From: an uncultured Acidobacteriota bacterium
GTDB taxonomy: Bacteria > Acidobacteriota > Blastocatellia > RBC074
NCBI GenBank assembly: GCA_963800895.1
Contig: CAWDDA010000008.1
Coordinates: 65,581 to 129,580, forward strand
Length of the DNA: 64,000 nucleotides
Reading direction: 5' to 3'
The notes under the pieces were generated by a model. That model searched no databases, was not told where the DNA came from, and saw only the letters and a list, made by a program, of their open reading frames with translations. Shown piece by piece: positions 41,579 through 52,313 of this stretch (positions within the stretch are counted from its first letter, which is position 1; every line of letters begins with the position of its first letter). The position numbers and the translations under genes were made by a program.

Positions 41579-43875
41579 ATGCGAAAGACATTTTCAAATT
41601 CCCTTGCCGTATTTCTCACTTCAATCTTATTTGTTTGTGTCACAACCGGGACGGCAGGTGCGCAGAGGACGCGCAGAGCGCCGCCACCGCGCGGAATAGA
41701 TGACCTGCTCGCGATCCCTGATGTTGAGGAACGCATCAAGGCGCTTGAAACGTTTCTCAAGGAGAGCCCTGAAGGAACCAGAGCGATCGAGGCTCGTGAA
41801 GCTCTTGTCAGAAGCTGGGCAGAGCTTGGAACGCGTGAGCTGGCAGAGAACAGGATCGGTCCTGCAGTCGGGTATTTCCAGAAGGCAGTTTCGGAATTGC
41901 CGGAAGAGCTAAGCGACAAGCTATTCGATGAGACGGTAGCGCGAATTCCTTTCGTCATCTCGGGGCGCGGCTATCGCGCTGAAGCCGTCACCTTCGCTCG
42001 CGACCTCGAGCCTCGTTTTGCTAAAGAGCCGATGCGACTCGGGGCGCTCGGTGAGTTCTACCTGAATGTCGAGGCTCCCCGCGATGCGATCCGCGTTCTT
42101 GAAAGTGCAGTCGAACAACGAAAGGAAGAAGTGCGGCTGCGAAGACCGCTGGCGGCTGCCTACCGAATGAGCCTGCGCCTCAATCAGTCAGCAAAAGAGC
42201 TCGAACAAGTAACGGTCCTCGACGAGAAGGATACACGGGCCTTTACAGAGCTCGGCAACATCGCGCGAGCCAAAGGCGAGTACGACGAGGCCTTGAAATA
42301 CTACACAAGTCAGCTCCGAATCGATCCAACCAATGCCGCTGCCCTCAAGGGTGTTGCACTCACCGCTTTAGCTCGCGGGCGCGATTCTGAATTTGATGAA
42401 GCAGTGGCGCGGCTGAAGGAGATCAAAGAGCAGAAGGAGATTTCGGGTGACATACATTTCCAGACCCAGATGGCCTTCTACCATCTGGCAAATGGAAAGA
42501 TTGAACCAGCGAATCTTGCGATTGTCCGGGCTTTGGCAATCGAGCCACGTTACAGTTGGGGACGAATCGCGGCCGCAGAGCTCGACATGGCCGAAGGCCG
42601 AATTTTTGAAGCCGAGAAGCACCTGCTGGCCGCCTTGCGTACTGCAGATTTCCCGACCCTAAGATTTACCCTCGGAAGGCTCTACCTCGCAGTCGAAGAC
42701 TTTGATGGTGCAATCGAACAGTTCGGTCGTGCATTCACTCTGACAAAGGAAGCAAAATTCAGTTCGACCCTGGGAGGCGTATTCGAGACTGAGGCGGCGA
42801 CCCTTAATGAGCTCCTCGCTCCCGAACGTCAGGCATCCATCTTCATTGCAAAATCGCTCACAAGCGATGAGCAGTTTGAACTGGCCGAATCCCTTGTGCG
42901 TCTCGACGCCAGGATCAAGAGTTCGAGCGAAAGCAACAAGGAACTGGAAACATTGGCCAATGCTTTTGTCGATGCGGAAGGGACGCGCCGCGCGTTCCGT
43001 GCACTTTATCTGGCGCAGCGTCTCTCGCAATCAGGCATTGCTCTGGAGCTCGCGCTGAAGTACGCAGAAACGGCACTTGAGCAGGCAGAGACAGTAACCG
43101 CACCGGAAGCCTCAGTGCCCGAGTTTCCAAATTATGATCGGAACGGAAGATTGGCGATATTCAAGGGCAGAGCTCTTGATGCTCGGGGCTGGTCGCTTTT
43201 TCAGTTGAAGCGCAACAAGGAAGCTGTAACCGCCTTGAACGATTCGATAGCCGCATATGGATCCTTGCCCGAAGGGAAGCGGCCGGCGTGGCATTTGGCG
43301 TCGGTGAAGGAGACTATTGGAGAACGTCGCGCGGCACTCGATCTCTACATCGCTGCGTACGAACCACCGGAAGGTTCATCTGTCGACATAAAGAATCTGT
43401 GATTGAAGGGGTCTACAAGAAGGTACACGGGTCACTCGCGGGTCTTGACGAGAAGATTGGAGTCGCCTCGCCAGCTATTGCGGCGGCGTCGAAACAGAAC
43501 GAACCGCGTGCGACAACGCCTGCAGCACCGCCTGCAACACCGCCCGCAACAGGGCCCGCGCCTGCAGACATTAGGCCAGCCACTGAACCTAAGAACGAAG
43601 CGAAGATCGAAACGAAAGTTACGATGGAAGAACTTCCGTCCACACATTCGAATAGCGTGGCACTCACCCCATTTGGTTCTTCTCGCCTGACGAGACTCCT
43701 GCTCCGTGCGCCGTTCAAGACCGTTGGAGGCGATGCGCCATCACCGGCTTCGATCCAGGTCGAGTCCGTCCGCCCGCGCCGCGTCTCGACGCCGGCAGCA
43801 ACTGACAGATCCTCCACCGGCCACCCGCCCGCGCCGCGCAGAGAAACCAATGTAGGCATGGAGTTCAAGCTCTAG
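41579..43875 (+). CDS. Large exported TPR protein with Pro/Ala-rich tail (frameshift near 43395)
   Basis: Signal peptide MRKTFSN...; multiple TPR-like helices; two ORFs join (ESVIEGVYKKVHGSLAGLDEKIG). Confidence 0.8.
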
Positions 43876-44008
43876 AGAAGGCGCTGAATGCAGAGCGCTA
43901 AGTGCTGAGTATGGAGTACCGAGTTAGCTGCTGTCATCAGCGAGTCGAAGAGCAAGCTGCAGCTTGAACTCCATACCCTGACCGCCTAGCCCTTCCCAGG
44001 CGCCATGC

Positions 44009-44884
44009 CTACAGCTTCAATGACTTCAGGTACTCACGAAATTCGGTTGCAAGGTCCGGCCGCTTGAGGGCGAATTCGACGTTGGCCATGAGGAATCCAA
44101 GCTTGTCGCCTGCATCGTGGCGTTTGCCCTCGAACTTGTAGCCGTAGAACGGCCGCTGTTTTGCAAGTTTTCTCAGTGCATCAGTGATCTGAATTTCGCC
44201 ACCAACGCCGGCCCTGCCCTCCCTCAGAAAGGGGAAAATATCCGGCGTCAGAATGTAGCGGCCGATAATCGCGAGGTTTGATGGAGCATCGGCAGGTCTT
44301 GGCTTCTCGACCATGTCCGTGATCCGGAAAATACCTGGTTCGATCTCCTCACCGGCGACCACACCAAACCGCGAGATCGCCTCGCCTTCAACTTCCTGGA
44401 GTGCCACCACGGGCGATCCCTCGAAGCGCTCGTACACTTCAATCATCTGTCTGAGGCAGGGGATACGGCTGTCAACAATGTCGTCGCCGAGCAGTACGGC
44501 AAACGGCTCTCCGCCGACCAGCGGCTCACTGATCAGGACTGCGTGGCCCAGTCCCAGCGGTTCCTTTTGTCTGACATAGGCGACGTCGGCCATCTGCGAG
44601 ACCGCTTGCGCAGCAATGAGCTGATCTGTCTTTCCGCGCTTTTCAAGCGTGCTCTCGAGTTCAAACGCCACATCGAAATGATCTTCGATAGCGCTCTTAC
44701 CACGGCTTGTAACGAGAATGATGTTCGTTACGCCTGACGCTATCGCCTCCTCGACGACGTACTGGATGAGCGGCTTGTCAACCAGCGGCAGCATCTCTTT
44801 AGGCAGGGCCTTGGTCGCCGGAAGAAAACGCGTTCCAAGCCCCGCGGCCGGGAAGACGCCTTTGCGAATTGGCTTAACCGCCAT
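44009..44884 (-). CDS. galU: UTP-glucose-1-phosphate uridylyltransferase
   Basis: PAAGLGTRFLPATKA.PKEMLP, RQKEPLGLGHAV, VEKP, GEIQITD. Confidence 0.97.
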   Translation of the reverse strand: MAVKPIRKGVFPAAGLGTRFLPATKALPKEMLPLVDKPLIQYVVEEAIASGVTNIILVTSRGKSAIEDHFDVAFELESTLEKRGKTDQLIAAQAVSQMADVAYVRQKEPLGLGHAVLISEPLVGGEPFAVLLGDDIVDSRIPCLRQMIEVYERFEGSPVVALQEVEGEAISRFGVVAGEEIEPGIFRITDMVEKPRPADAPSNLAIIGRYILTPDIFPFLREGRAGVGGEIQITDALRKLAKQRPFYGYKFEGKRHDAGDKLGFLMANVEFALKRPDLATEFREYLKSLKL

Positions 44885-44887
44885 TAA

Positions 44888-46189
44888 CTATGCCTCCGAC
44901 TCGATGAGATCAGCTCCAAGATAGGGGACGAGAGGTGCGGGAACGCGAACGGAGCCGTCCTTCTGCTGAAAGTTCTCAAGTATTGCAAGCCATGTCCTGC
45001 CAACGGCGAGCCCTGACCCGTTCAGTGTATGAACGAATTCTGTCTTCGACTTTCCGTCACGGCGAAACCGAATGTTGGCGCGCCGAGCCTGAAAGGCCTC
45101 GCAGTTCGAACACGACGAAATCTCGCGATAGGTTTTCTGACTGGGAAGCCATACCTCGATATCGTAAGTTTTGGCTGATGTGAAGGACATGTCACCTGTC
45201 GAAAGAGTGACAGTCCGAAACGGAAGCCCGAGGAGCTCAAGGACCTTCTCGGCGTGCCCTGTCAGTTGCTCGAGCGCCGCGTAGGAGTCTTCGGGCCGCG
45301 TAATCTTGATGAGCTCTACTTTGTCAAATTGATGCTGGCGGATCAGTCCACGAACATCACGCCCATAGCTTCCTGCTTCGGAACGAAAACAGGGTGTGTA
45401 TGCGGTATAGCTCAGTGGAAGATCTTTGTCGCCCAGGATCTCATCGCGGTGCAGATTTGTAAGCGGCACTTCAGCAGTCGGTACAAGGTAATAATCGCGA
45501 TCCTTGTCATCGAGCCTGAAAAGATCAGCCCCGAACTTTGGAAGCTGCCCGGTACCGAAGAGCGTCTGAGCATTCACAATGAACGGCGGAAGCATCTCTC
45601 GATAACCGTGTTCCCGCGTGTGAAGGTCGAGCATGAAGCTGATGAGAGCGCGCTCGAGCCGCGCGCCAATGCCCCTGAGCACGGCAAATCGCGCACCGGT
45701 AATTTTTGTTGCTCGCTCGAGGTCCAGAATTCCGAGAGCCGAGCCGAGATCGACGTGATCCCGCGGCTCGAAGCCTTCCAGCGTAAAATCGCGCGGCGTG
45801 CCAACCCGGCGTACCTCTGTGTTAGCCGACTCATCTTTCCCTATTGGCACCGATTCATGCGGAAGATTTGGCACGACCTCCAACGTTTCGCGGAAGCCGC
45901 TCTCGATTTCGGCGAGACGCGTTTCGACCAGTCGTCCACGTTCGGCGATCTTTTTGGACTCGCCTTTTTGAAGTTCGGCCTCGTCGCGGCGCCCCTCACG
46001 CATTAACGATCCAACCTCTTTACTGATCCGATTGGTAGCCGCGTTGAGGTCGTCCCGTTCACGAACAAGGCTGCGGCGCTCGAGGTCCAGTGCGAGGAAC
46101 CCGTCGAGGACTGCAGGATCGAAGTTTCGCGTAGAGAGCCGGGAGCGAACGGCATCAAAATTCTCCCGGACAAAGCTCGTGTCCAGCAT
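44888..46189 (-). CDS. serS: Serine--tRNA ligase
   Basis: GTGQLPKF, PTAEVP, FRSEAG, RQHQFDKVE, EISSCSN, HTLNGSGLAVGR. Confidence 0.98.
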   Translation of the reverse strand: MLDTSFVRENFDAVRSRLSTRNFDPAVLDGFLALDLERRSLVRERDDLNAATNRISKEVGSLMREGRRDEAELQKGESKKIAERGRLVETRLAEIESGFRETLEVVPNLPHESVPIGKDESANTEVRRVGTPRDFTLEGFEPRDHVDLGSALGILDLERATKITGARFAVLRGIGARLERALISFMLDLHTREHGYREMLPPFIVNAQTLFGTGQLPKFGADLFRLDDKDRDYYLVPTAEVPLTNLHRDEILGDKDLPLSYTAYTPCFRSEAGSYGRDVRGLIRQHQFDKVELIKITRPEDSYAALEQLTGHAEKVLELLGLPFRTVTLSTGDMSFTSAKTYDIEVWLPSQKTYREISSCSNCEAFQARRANIRFRRDGKSKTEFVHTLNGSGLAVGRTWLAILENFQQKDGSVRVPAPLVPYLGADLIESEA

Positions 46190-46219
46190 AGGCTGATACT
46201 GCTATAATCCCGCAAACTT

Positions 46220-47368
46220 ATGCAAGTAGCGATAGTTGGCGCAGGTCCTGCCGGAGCCCATCTGGCATACCTTCTTAGCAGAAAAGCTCACGACGTGACC
46301 GTCTTTGATGCCCGGGAGGCCTGGGAGAAGCCTTGCGGCGGCGGCGTAACCTCCAAAGCTCTCCGCGAGTTTGAGTTTCTGGCACGTGCCGACTGGACGC
46401 GGCAGACCATTTCGGATGTGAAGCTCATCTCCGGCGGAGGCCGCGAAGTGACGCTTTCGACCACAGAAGAGCTTGCTGTGTATTCACGTGCCGACCTCTC
46501 GCGCCTGATGCGCCAGCTCGCGGTCGATGGGGGCGCACGTCTCATTTGCCAGCGAGTCGATAAGACTATCCGTAAGGACGGTAAGTGGTTAATTCATTCG
46601 GGTGATCAGGTCTATAGTGCCGACCTCCTTGTTGGGGCTGACGGCGCATCGAGTATCATCAGGCGGCGCGTGGGTGTTCAGCTCAGACAGGGTGATTTCA
46701 GTTATGCGCTCGGTTGGCATGTTAAGCCGGCACGGAGAAGCGGGCGAAATCGCATCGACATCAAGTATCTGGACAATTTCACTGGATACATATGGGCGTT
46801 TCCACGTACAGATCACATTTCGTACGGGATTGCCTCCAAGTACCGCGAGTGGACGCCGGCAGACCTTAAGGGAAAATTGCGTTCGTTCATGAGGCAGGAT
46901 GGAATTGACTGCGACTCGAACGTCGAATCGAGTGTAGATATGACGTTCTATGCAGCCATGTTGCCAGCGCTTGAGGAATCGAGCTGGGAACACCTGCGCG
47001 TTGTCAATCAGAATGAAGGATGGGCACTCATTGGCGACGCGGCAGGCTTTGTCGATCCGTTAACCGGAGAGGGCATCTACTACGCGCTCAAATCGGCTGA
47101 GTTGCTGGCAACCGCGGTTGAGTCGCGGCTGGGTGACTACGAAGAGATGTGGCGGCGCGAATTCGGAGCTGAGCTGCGCCGCGCATCTCAGCTGCAAGGG
47201 CGCTTCTATCACGGCCGTTTTGCGGGCAAGCCTTTCCTCGAGCGTATGGTGCAGTTTGCTGGCTGGCATGGTGGAGTGCGCGCGACGCTCGGTGATCTTA
47301 TCTCGGGCAATCAAAGCTATGTCGATCTCAAATCCCGGCTGAAGCGAGATGCACTGAGAATTGTTTGA
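46220..47368 (+). CDS. Geranylgeranyl-reductase-family FAD-dependent oxidoreductase
   Basis: GAGPAG, EKPCGGG, GADGASS, GYIWAFP, GDAAGFVDPLTGEGIYYA. Confidence 0.9.
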   Translation: MQVAIVGAGPAGAHLAYLLSRKAHDVTVFDAREAWEKPCGGGVTSKALREFEFLARADWTRQTISDVKLISGGGREVTLSTTEELAVYSRADLSRLMRQLAVDGGARLICQRVDKTIRKDGKWLIHSGDQVYSADLLVGADGASSIIRRRVGVQLRQGDFSYALGWHVKPARRSGRNRIDIKYLDNFTGYIWAFPRTDHISYGIASKYREWTPADLKGKLRSFMRQDGIDCDSNVESSVDMTFYAAMLPALEESSWEHLRVVNQNEGWALIGDAAGFVDPLTGEGIYYALKSAELLATAVESRLGDYEEMWRREFGAELRRASQLQGRFYHGRFAGKPFLERMVQFAGWHGGVRATLGDLISGNQSYVDLKSRLKRDALRIV

Positions 47369-47385
47369 TGTCAGTAATACGCACA

Positions 47386-47477
47386 CTCCTTCGTTTCCTT
47401 TGCGTCCTTCTGTAAGGTTGTTTAGGTTGTTATCACTAAGACGGAATTCACAGAAGGCAACAAAGGAAACAAAGAGA
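47386..47477. repeat. Imperfect intergenic inverted repeat
   Basis: TTCGTTTCCTTTGCGTCCTTCTGT ... ACAGAAGGCAACAAAGGAAACAAAG. Confidence 0.55.
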
Positions 47478-47490
47478 AAACAGCTTTACA

Positions 47491-48463
47491 TTGCACCTTA
47501 TTACATCCGCTGAGATTAAAGCACGCGCCGTCGAACTCGGATTCGACAAGGCAGGAATTGTTGCAGCTGAGACGTCTTTCCGCTGAGTCGCAAGACCTTC
47601 GCCAGTGGCTCGACCAGAATCTCCACGGAAAGATGGGCTACATGGCGCGCGATCCCGAAAAGCGTATAGACCCTCGCGCACTGCTCCCATCGGCGAAATC
47701 AGTAGTCTCGGTTGCGCTTAATTACTATTCACCTGAAAAACATTCAACTGAACCTGGCAAAGCAAAGATTTCGCGCTACGCGTGGGGTGACGACTATCAC
47801 GATGTTCTTCGCGAGAAACTCAAGGCACTGCTGGCATGGATTCAGGAGCGTGATCCAGGCGCGGAGGGGAAGATCTGCGTAGACTCCTCGCCGACTATGG
47901 ACAAGGCCTGGGCCGTGCGCGCGGGTCTCGGATGGATCGGCAAGCACACAAACCTGATCACAAAAGAGCTGGGGTCGTGGGTTTTTCTCGGTGAGCTGCT
48001 CTTATCCATTGACCTCGAATATGACAGCTTTATTGAGCCGGACCATTGTGGAACATGCACAGCCTGTCTCGAGGCATGTCCAACGGACGCCTTCATTGGA
48101 CCGTACCAGATCGATGCCACACGCTGCATCTCGTACGCGACGATCGAGCTGCGCGATGACGAGATTCCGGAGATTGTAGGTTCGCATCTCGACAACTGGG
48201 TGTTCGGCTGTGACATCTGTCAGGATGTCTGCCCATGGACACGCTTTTCAAAGGCCGCGAGTGAACCGCGATTTGCTCCCCGGCCCGATCTGGTCGCGCC
48301 AGCGCTTTCAGAGCTGAGCGAGATCAGCGACGAAGAGTTCTCCAGACGTTTTCAAGGAAGCGCAATCAAACGAGCGAAGGCGCAGGGCCTTCGCCGCAAT
48401 GCGCGCACCGCAAATTCAATGACAGTTCGAAAGGAACACGAGCACGATGGATCAGCTTCCTAG
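47491..48463 (+). CDS. queG: tRNA epoxyqueuosine(34) reductase (frameshift near 47573)
   Basis: IKARAVELGFDKAGI N-terminus; ISRYAWGDDYH, AGLGWIGK, CGTCTACLEACPT, GCDICQDVCPW. Confidence 0.95.
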
Positions 48464-49898
48464 CAGGCACGGCCTCCTTCCTCCCTGGGATGTTGCAGAT
48501 CTTCCAGCCCCTCCCTCTTTCAACTTTCGAAACATGATGAAAGTAATCGGCCCCGGAGCCATCATGGCTGCGACCTCAATCGGCGGAGGAGAGTGGCTTG
48601 TTGGACCCGCCGCGGCAGTCAAGTATTCATCATCCATCTTTCTGATTGTGACTGTAGCGATCATCCTTCAGATGATCTTCAACCTCGAGGCAATTCGTTA
48701 CACGCTCTACACCGGCGAGCCGATCTATGGCGGAATCATGCGGCTCAAACCGGGACCGCGTTTCTGGGCCGTGTTTTATACGATCTTCGGATTCTTTCAA
48801 CTGGGATGGCCGGCGCTGGCAGGTTCTGCCGCAGCAGCTCTCCTCAGCGCGTGGCTTGGCCGCCTACCTGGGGCTCAGGATCGCCCGACTCAGATCGTTA
48901 TCACCATCGTATTGATCATTGCAGTCGTGCTGCTGCTTTCGTTTGGCGGCACGGTTGAAAAGATGCTCGAATATTTCGCCTGGACAATGCTGGCAGTAGT
49001 CTTCGGATTTCTTCTCGTGGTTAACCTCATGTTTGTGCCATTCGGGCACTGGTGGACGACGTTCCAGGGATTCTTTTCGTTCTCGGGGATACCGCGTCCT
49101 ATCGACTGGGGCTTGATAGGGGCCCTGGCTGCGACTGCAGGCTCTGGTGGAATCGGCAACTTGACGATTACCAATTGGGTTCGTGACAAAGGGTTCGGGA
49201 TGGGAGCAGGTGTGGGCGCAATTCCGAGCGCGATCGGCGGTGTCGAGATCAAACTCTCGCATGTGGGAAAAGTCTTTAAGACAACGCCCGAGAACCTTGT
49301 TCGCTGGCGCGAATGGATGCGTTATGTGAATGCGGATCAGATAGGTGTTTGGGCATTCTTCTGTTTTCTCGGAATGTTTCTCAACGTCAATCTGGCAACT
49401 CACGTGATCCCTCACGGGACAGATATGCAAGGTCTCGCAGCCGGTGCCTATCAGGCAAAGTATCTCGCGGAGAGTGCGTGGTCGGGTTTCTGGTTTGTGA
49501 CCCTCTTTAATGGCTTCTGGATACTCTTCAAGACTCAACTTGGCAACACGGACATACTGGTACGAACGGTGACGGACAGCGCGTGGATGGCGAGCAGTAG
49601 AGTGCGCGACTGGCGTGGCGGCCGAATTCAGCGAGTCTATTATGGGATCCTGATGGCGTTCTCTATCTGGAGTGTTCTGGTTGTAGGTTCCGCGTCTCCG
49701 ATGCGCCTCTTCACGATCCTCGCAAACGTTGCAGGCCTGGTCCTGGTGATCGCGGGAATTCAGATCCTGATCGTCAATCGTAAATTCCTTCCGGCTGCTG
49801 TCCGGCCGAAGCTCTGGCGTGAACTCCTCCTCGTGGCATGCGTTCTCTTTTACGCCTTCTTCACATTCTTCGTGGTCAGAAATCTGATCCAGTCTTGA
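48447..49898 (+). CDS. Nramp-like/APC-superfamily transporter
   Basis: GPGAIMAATSIGGGEW, RYTLYTGE; about 11 TM segments. Confidence 0.8.
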   Translation: MDQLPSRHGLLPPWDVADLPAPPSFNFRNMMKVIGPGAIMAATSIGGGEWLVGPAAAVKYSSSIFLIVTVAIILQMIFNLEAIRYTLYTGEPIYGGIMRLKPGPRFWAVFYTIFGFFQLGWPALAGSAAAALLSAWLGRLPGAQDRPTQIVITIVLIIAVVLLLSFGGTVEKMLEYFAWTMLAVVFGFLLVVNLMFVPFGHWWTTFQGFFSFSGIPRPIDWGLIGALAATAGSGGIGNLTITNWVRDKGFGMGAGVGAIPSAIGGVEIKLSHVGKVFKTTPENLVRWREWMRYVNADQIGVWAFFCFLGMFLNVNLATHVIPHGTDMQGLAAGAYQAKYLAESAWSGFWFVTLFNGFWILFKTQLGNTDILVRTVTDSAWMASSRVRDWRGGRIQRVYYGILMAFSIWSVLVVGSASPMRLFTILANVAGLVLVIAGIQILIVNRKFLPAAVRPKLWRELLLVACVLFYAFFTFFVVRNLIQS

Positions 49899-49913
49899 TT
49901 GGATGAGGAAGAA

Positions 49914-49990
49914 GGCATGTAGTACGGCCTTTAGGCGGAAGCGTTCGCTATCGACACGCACTTCCGCCTTCAAGGCGGTACGTACATGCC
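49914..49990. repeat. REP-like inverted pair, family B
   Basis: GGCATGTAGTACGGCCTTTAGGCGGAAG ... CTTCCGCCTTCAAGGCGGTACGTACATGCC. Confidence 0.8.
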
Positions 49991-50013
49991 TATCGTGTTA
50001 TACTTAGCGGTTC

Positions 50014-51490
50014 ATGTTACGAGATGGTTGGGAAGCGGTAATAGGTCTGGAAGTTCATGCGCAACTGCGCACGGCTTCAAAAATCTTCTGCGGATGCTCT
50101 ACCGCATTCGGTGCTGAACCGAATGCCAATACCTGCCCGGTGTGCCTCGGATTACCAGGCGCGCTTCCTGTGCTCAACCGTAAGGTCGTCGAATATGCAG
50201 CGCGCGCTGCTCTCGCGCTCGGGCTCGAAGTCAAAACAGAATCGATCTTCGCGCGCAAGAACTATTTCTATCCTGATCTTCCAAAGGGTTATCAGATCTC
50301 TCAGTACGACCGCCCCTTCTCCGCAGACGGGCAGGTGGAAATCCTGACAAGTCAGCGTGACGATGAAGGGCACCCGACTGAATGGCGACTGAAACGCTTC
50401 GGGATCACGCGCGCTCACATTGAAGAAGATGCAGGGAAGTCACTTCACGAAGGTGTTGCCGATCATACGAAATCCTATGTCAACCTGAATCGCAGTGGAA
50501 CCCCACTTCTCGAGATCGTAAGCGAACCCGACTTTCGTTCGAGTTGGGAGGCTTACGATTACGTCAATTTCCTTCGCCGCACACTCGAGTATATAGGCGT
50601 CTCGGATGCGAACATGGAAGAGGGTAATCTTCGGTGCGATGCGAATGTTTCAGTCCGCCGGGCCGGAGAATCGAAGCTGGGCACCAAGGCCGAGATCAAG
50701 AACCTCAATTCGCTGCGCTTCCTGCAGCGAGCCGTCGAGCACGAGATCGACCGGCAGATCGCTCTCATCGAGAGCGGGGACCGCGTGGTTCAGGAAACCC
50801 GGCTGTGGAACGAAAAGGAAGCTCGAACGTACGCGATGCGCTCGAAGGAGGATGCGCACGACTACAGATACTTTCCTGAACCTGATCTTCCGCCACTCGA
50901 AGTGAGTGCATCGTGGATTGAATCAATCCGCGGAACACTGCCCGAGCTTCCTGAGGCGAGGCGGCTTCCGCTTTATGAGCGAATACGGTCTGTCGGCTGA
51001 TGAATCATTCACTATGTCCGGAAGACGTGAGCTGGCCGATTATTACGAAACCGTCGTGAGTGTTTCAGGCGATGCGCGAGCATCTGCTAACTGGGTCCTC
51101 TCGGAATTGTTGCGTGAGCTGAAGAACTCCGAAGGTGATGACAAAGGATTGCGTGTTCCGGCAAAGGATCTGGGAGAACTGATAAAACTGATCGCAGATG
51201 GAACCATCTCGGGGAAGATCGCCAAGGAAGTCTTTATTGAAATGTTTGCGTCGGCTCGATCTCCGCGGGCGATCATCGCCGAAAGAGGCCTTGTGCAGAT
51301 CACGGATGTTCACGAGATCGAGAAGATCGTCGATGAAGTGATTGCCTCGAGCCCAAAAGAGCTCGAGCAATACCGTGCCGGTAAGGTATCGCTCATCGGA
51401 TACTTTGTGGGTCAGGTAATGAAGCGATCAAATGGGCGAGCTAATCCGCAATCAGTAAACGCAACATTGAAAGCGAAGCTCGGATCGTAA
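50014..51490 (+). CDS. gatB: Asp/Glu-tRNA amidotransferase subunit B (frameshift near 50967)
   Basis: [50 protein letters not shown]; second frame GTISGKIAK...GQVMK. Confidence 0.97.
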
Positions 51491-51535
51491 CTCGAATCGA
51501 AATATCACAAGAATTGATGGGGACTTAGAGTAACT

Positions 51536-52223
51536 ATGACAAAGACGCTTGGACGTAGCCTGATGTTGTCACTTCTTCTTTCTGTTGTTGTGCTGTCGCT
51601 CGCATGCGCCCCGGAGAATGCTCCGGCGCCCACGCCCACTCCGACTCCGGCAGTGGCTGCGACTATTGCAACACCGATACCCGCGGCTTCGATAGCGGCT
51701 CTGAAGCCGGAGGACGAAGTCGCAGTGATTACCACCAAGCATGGAACCTTCAAGATACGGTTCTTTCCCGAAGTCGCGCCGCGTCACGTCGAGCACTTCA
51801 AGAAGCTGGCAAAGGAAGGGTTCTATACCGGGCTCGCATTTCATCGCGTCGTGCCTGGCCGTTTGATTCAGGGTGGAGACCCAACGTCTCGCCGCAATGA
51901 TCGGACGATGTGGGGTAAAGGTGAACCGGGTCAGGAGAATGTACCCGCTGAGTTCAGCTCCCTTCCTTTCGGACGCGGGACGGTGGGCGCGGCTCGCAAG
52001 GGTGGTGACATCAACAGTGCATCAAGCCAGTTTTTTGTGTGTCTCGAAAGAAATCCGGGATGGGATGGCCAATATACAGTGTTTGGAGAAGTTATCGACG
52101 GTCTGGACGTAGTTGAAAAGATTCTCCGAACAGCCAAGCGACCCGAGTCAGGTGGTACTCGACAAAGTAGTCATGAACCGTGTTCAGCTCGAGAAGGCCG
52201 GAGCAGCTGCTGCAAAGAAGTGA
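51536..52223 (+). CDS. Cyclophilin-type peptidyl-prolyl isomerase lipoprotein (frameshift near 52125)
   Basis: Lipobox SLAC, PT linker, FHRVVPG..IQGGDP, SQFFV, YTVFGEV; natural end VVMNRVQLEKAGAAAAKK*. Confidence 0.92.
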
Positions 52224-52313
52224 ACCCTGGCGCCCTCTTCGGTCGTATACTGAGGGCGGGCATTGAATTGAGATTGACCGGAGGGCGACCGGAAGCGGCC
52301 TCGGGAGCGGATA

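Noticed and set aside
48864-49973. Long antisense ORFs (also 8996-9541, 24380-25138, 37427-38248, 45254-46006)
   Set aside because: Opposite to well-supported genes; expected in GC-rich coding DNA
50014-51490. gatB pseudogene or programmed frameshift
   Set aside because: No slippery site; same indel pattern in many unrelated genes; gene normally essential
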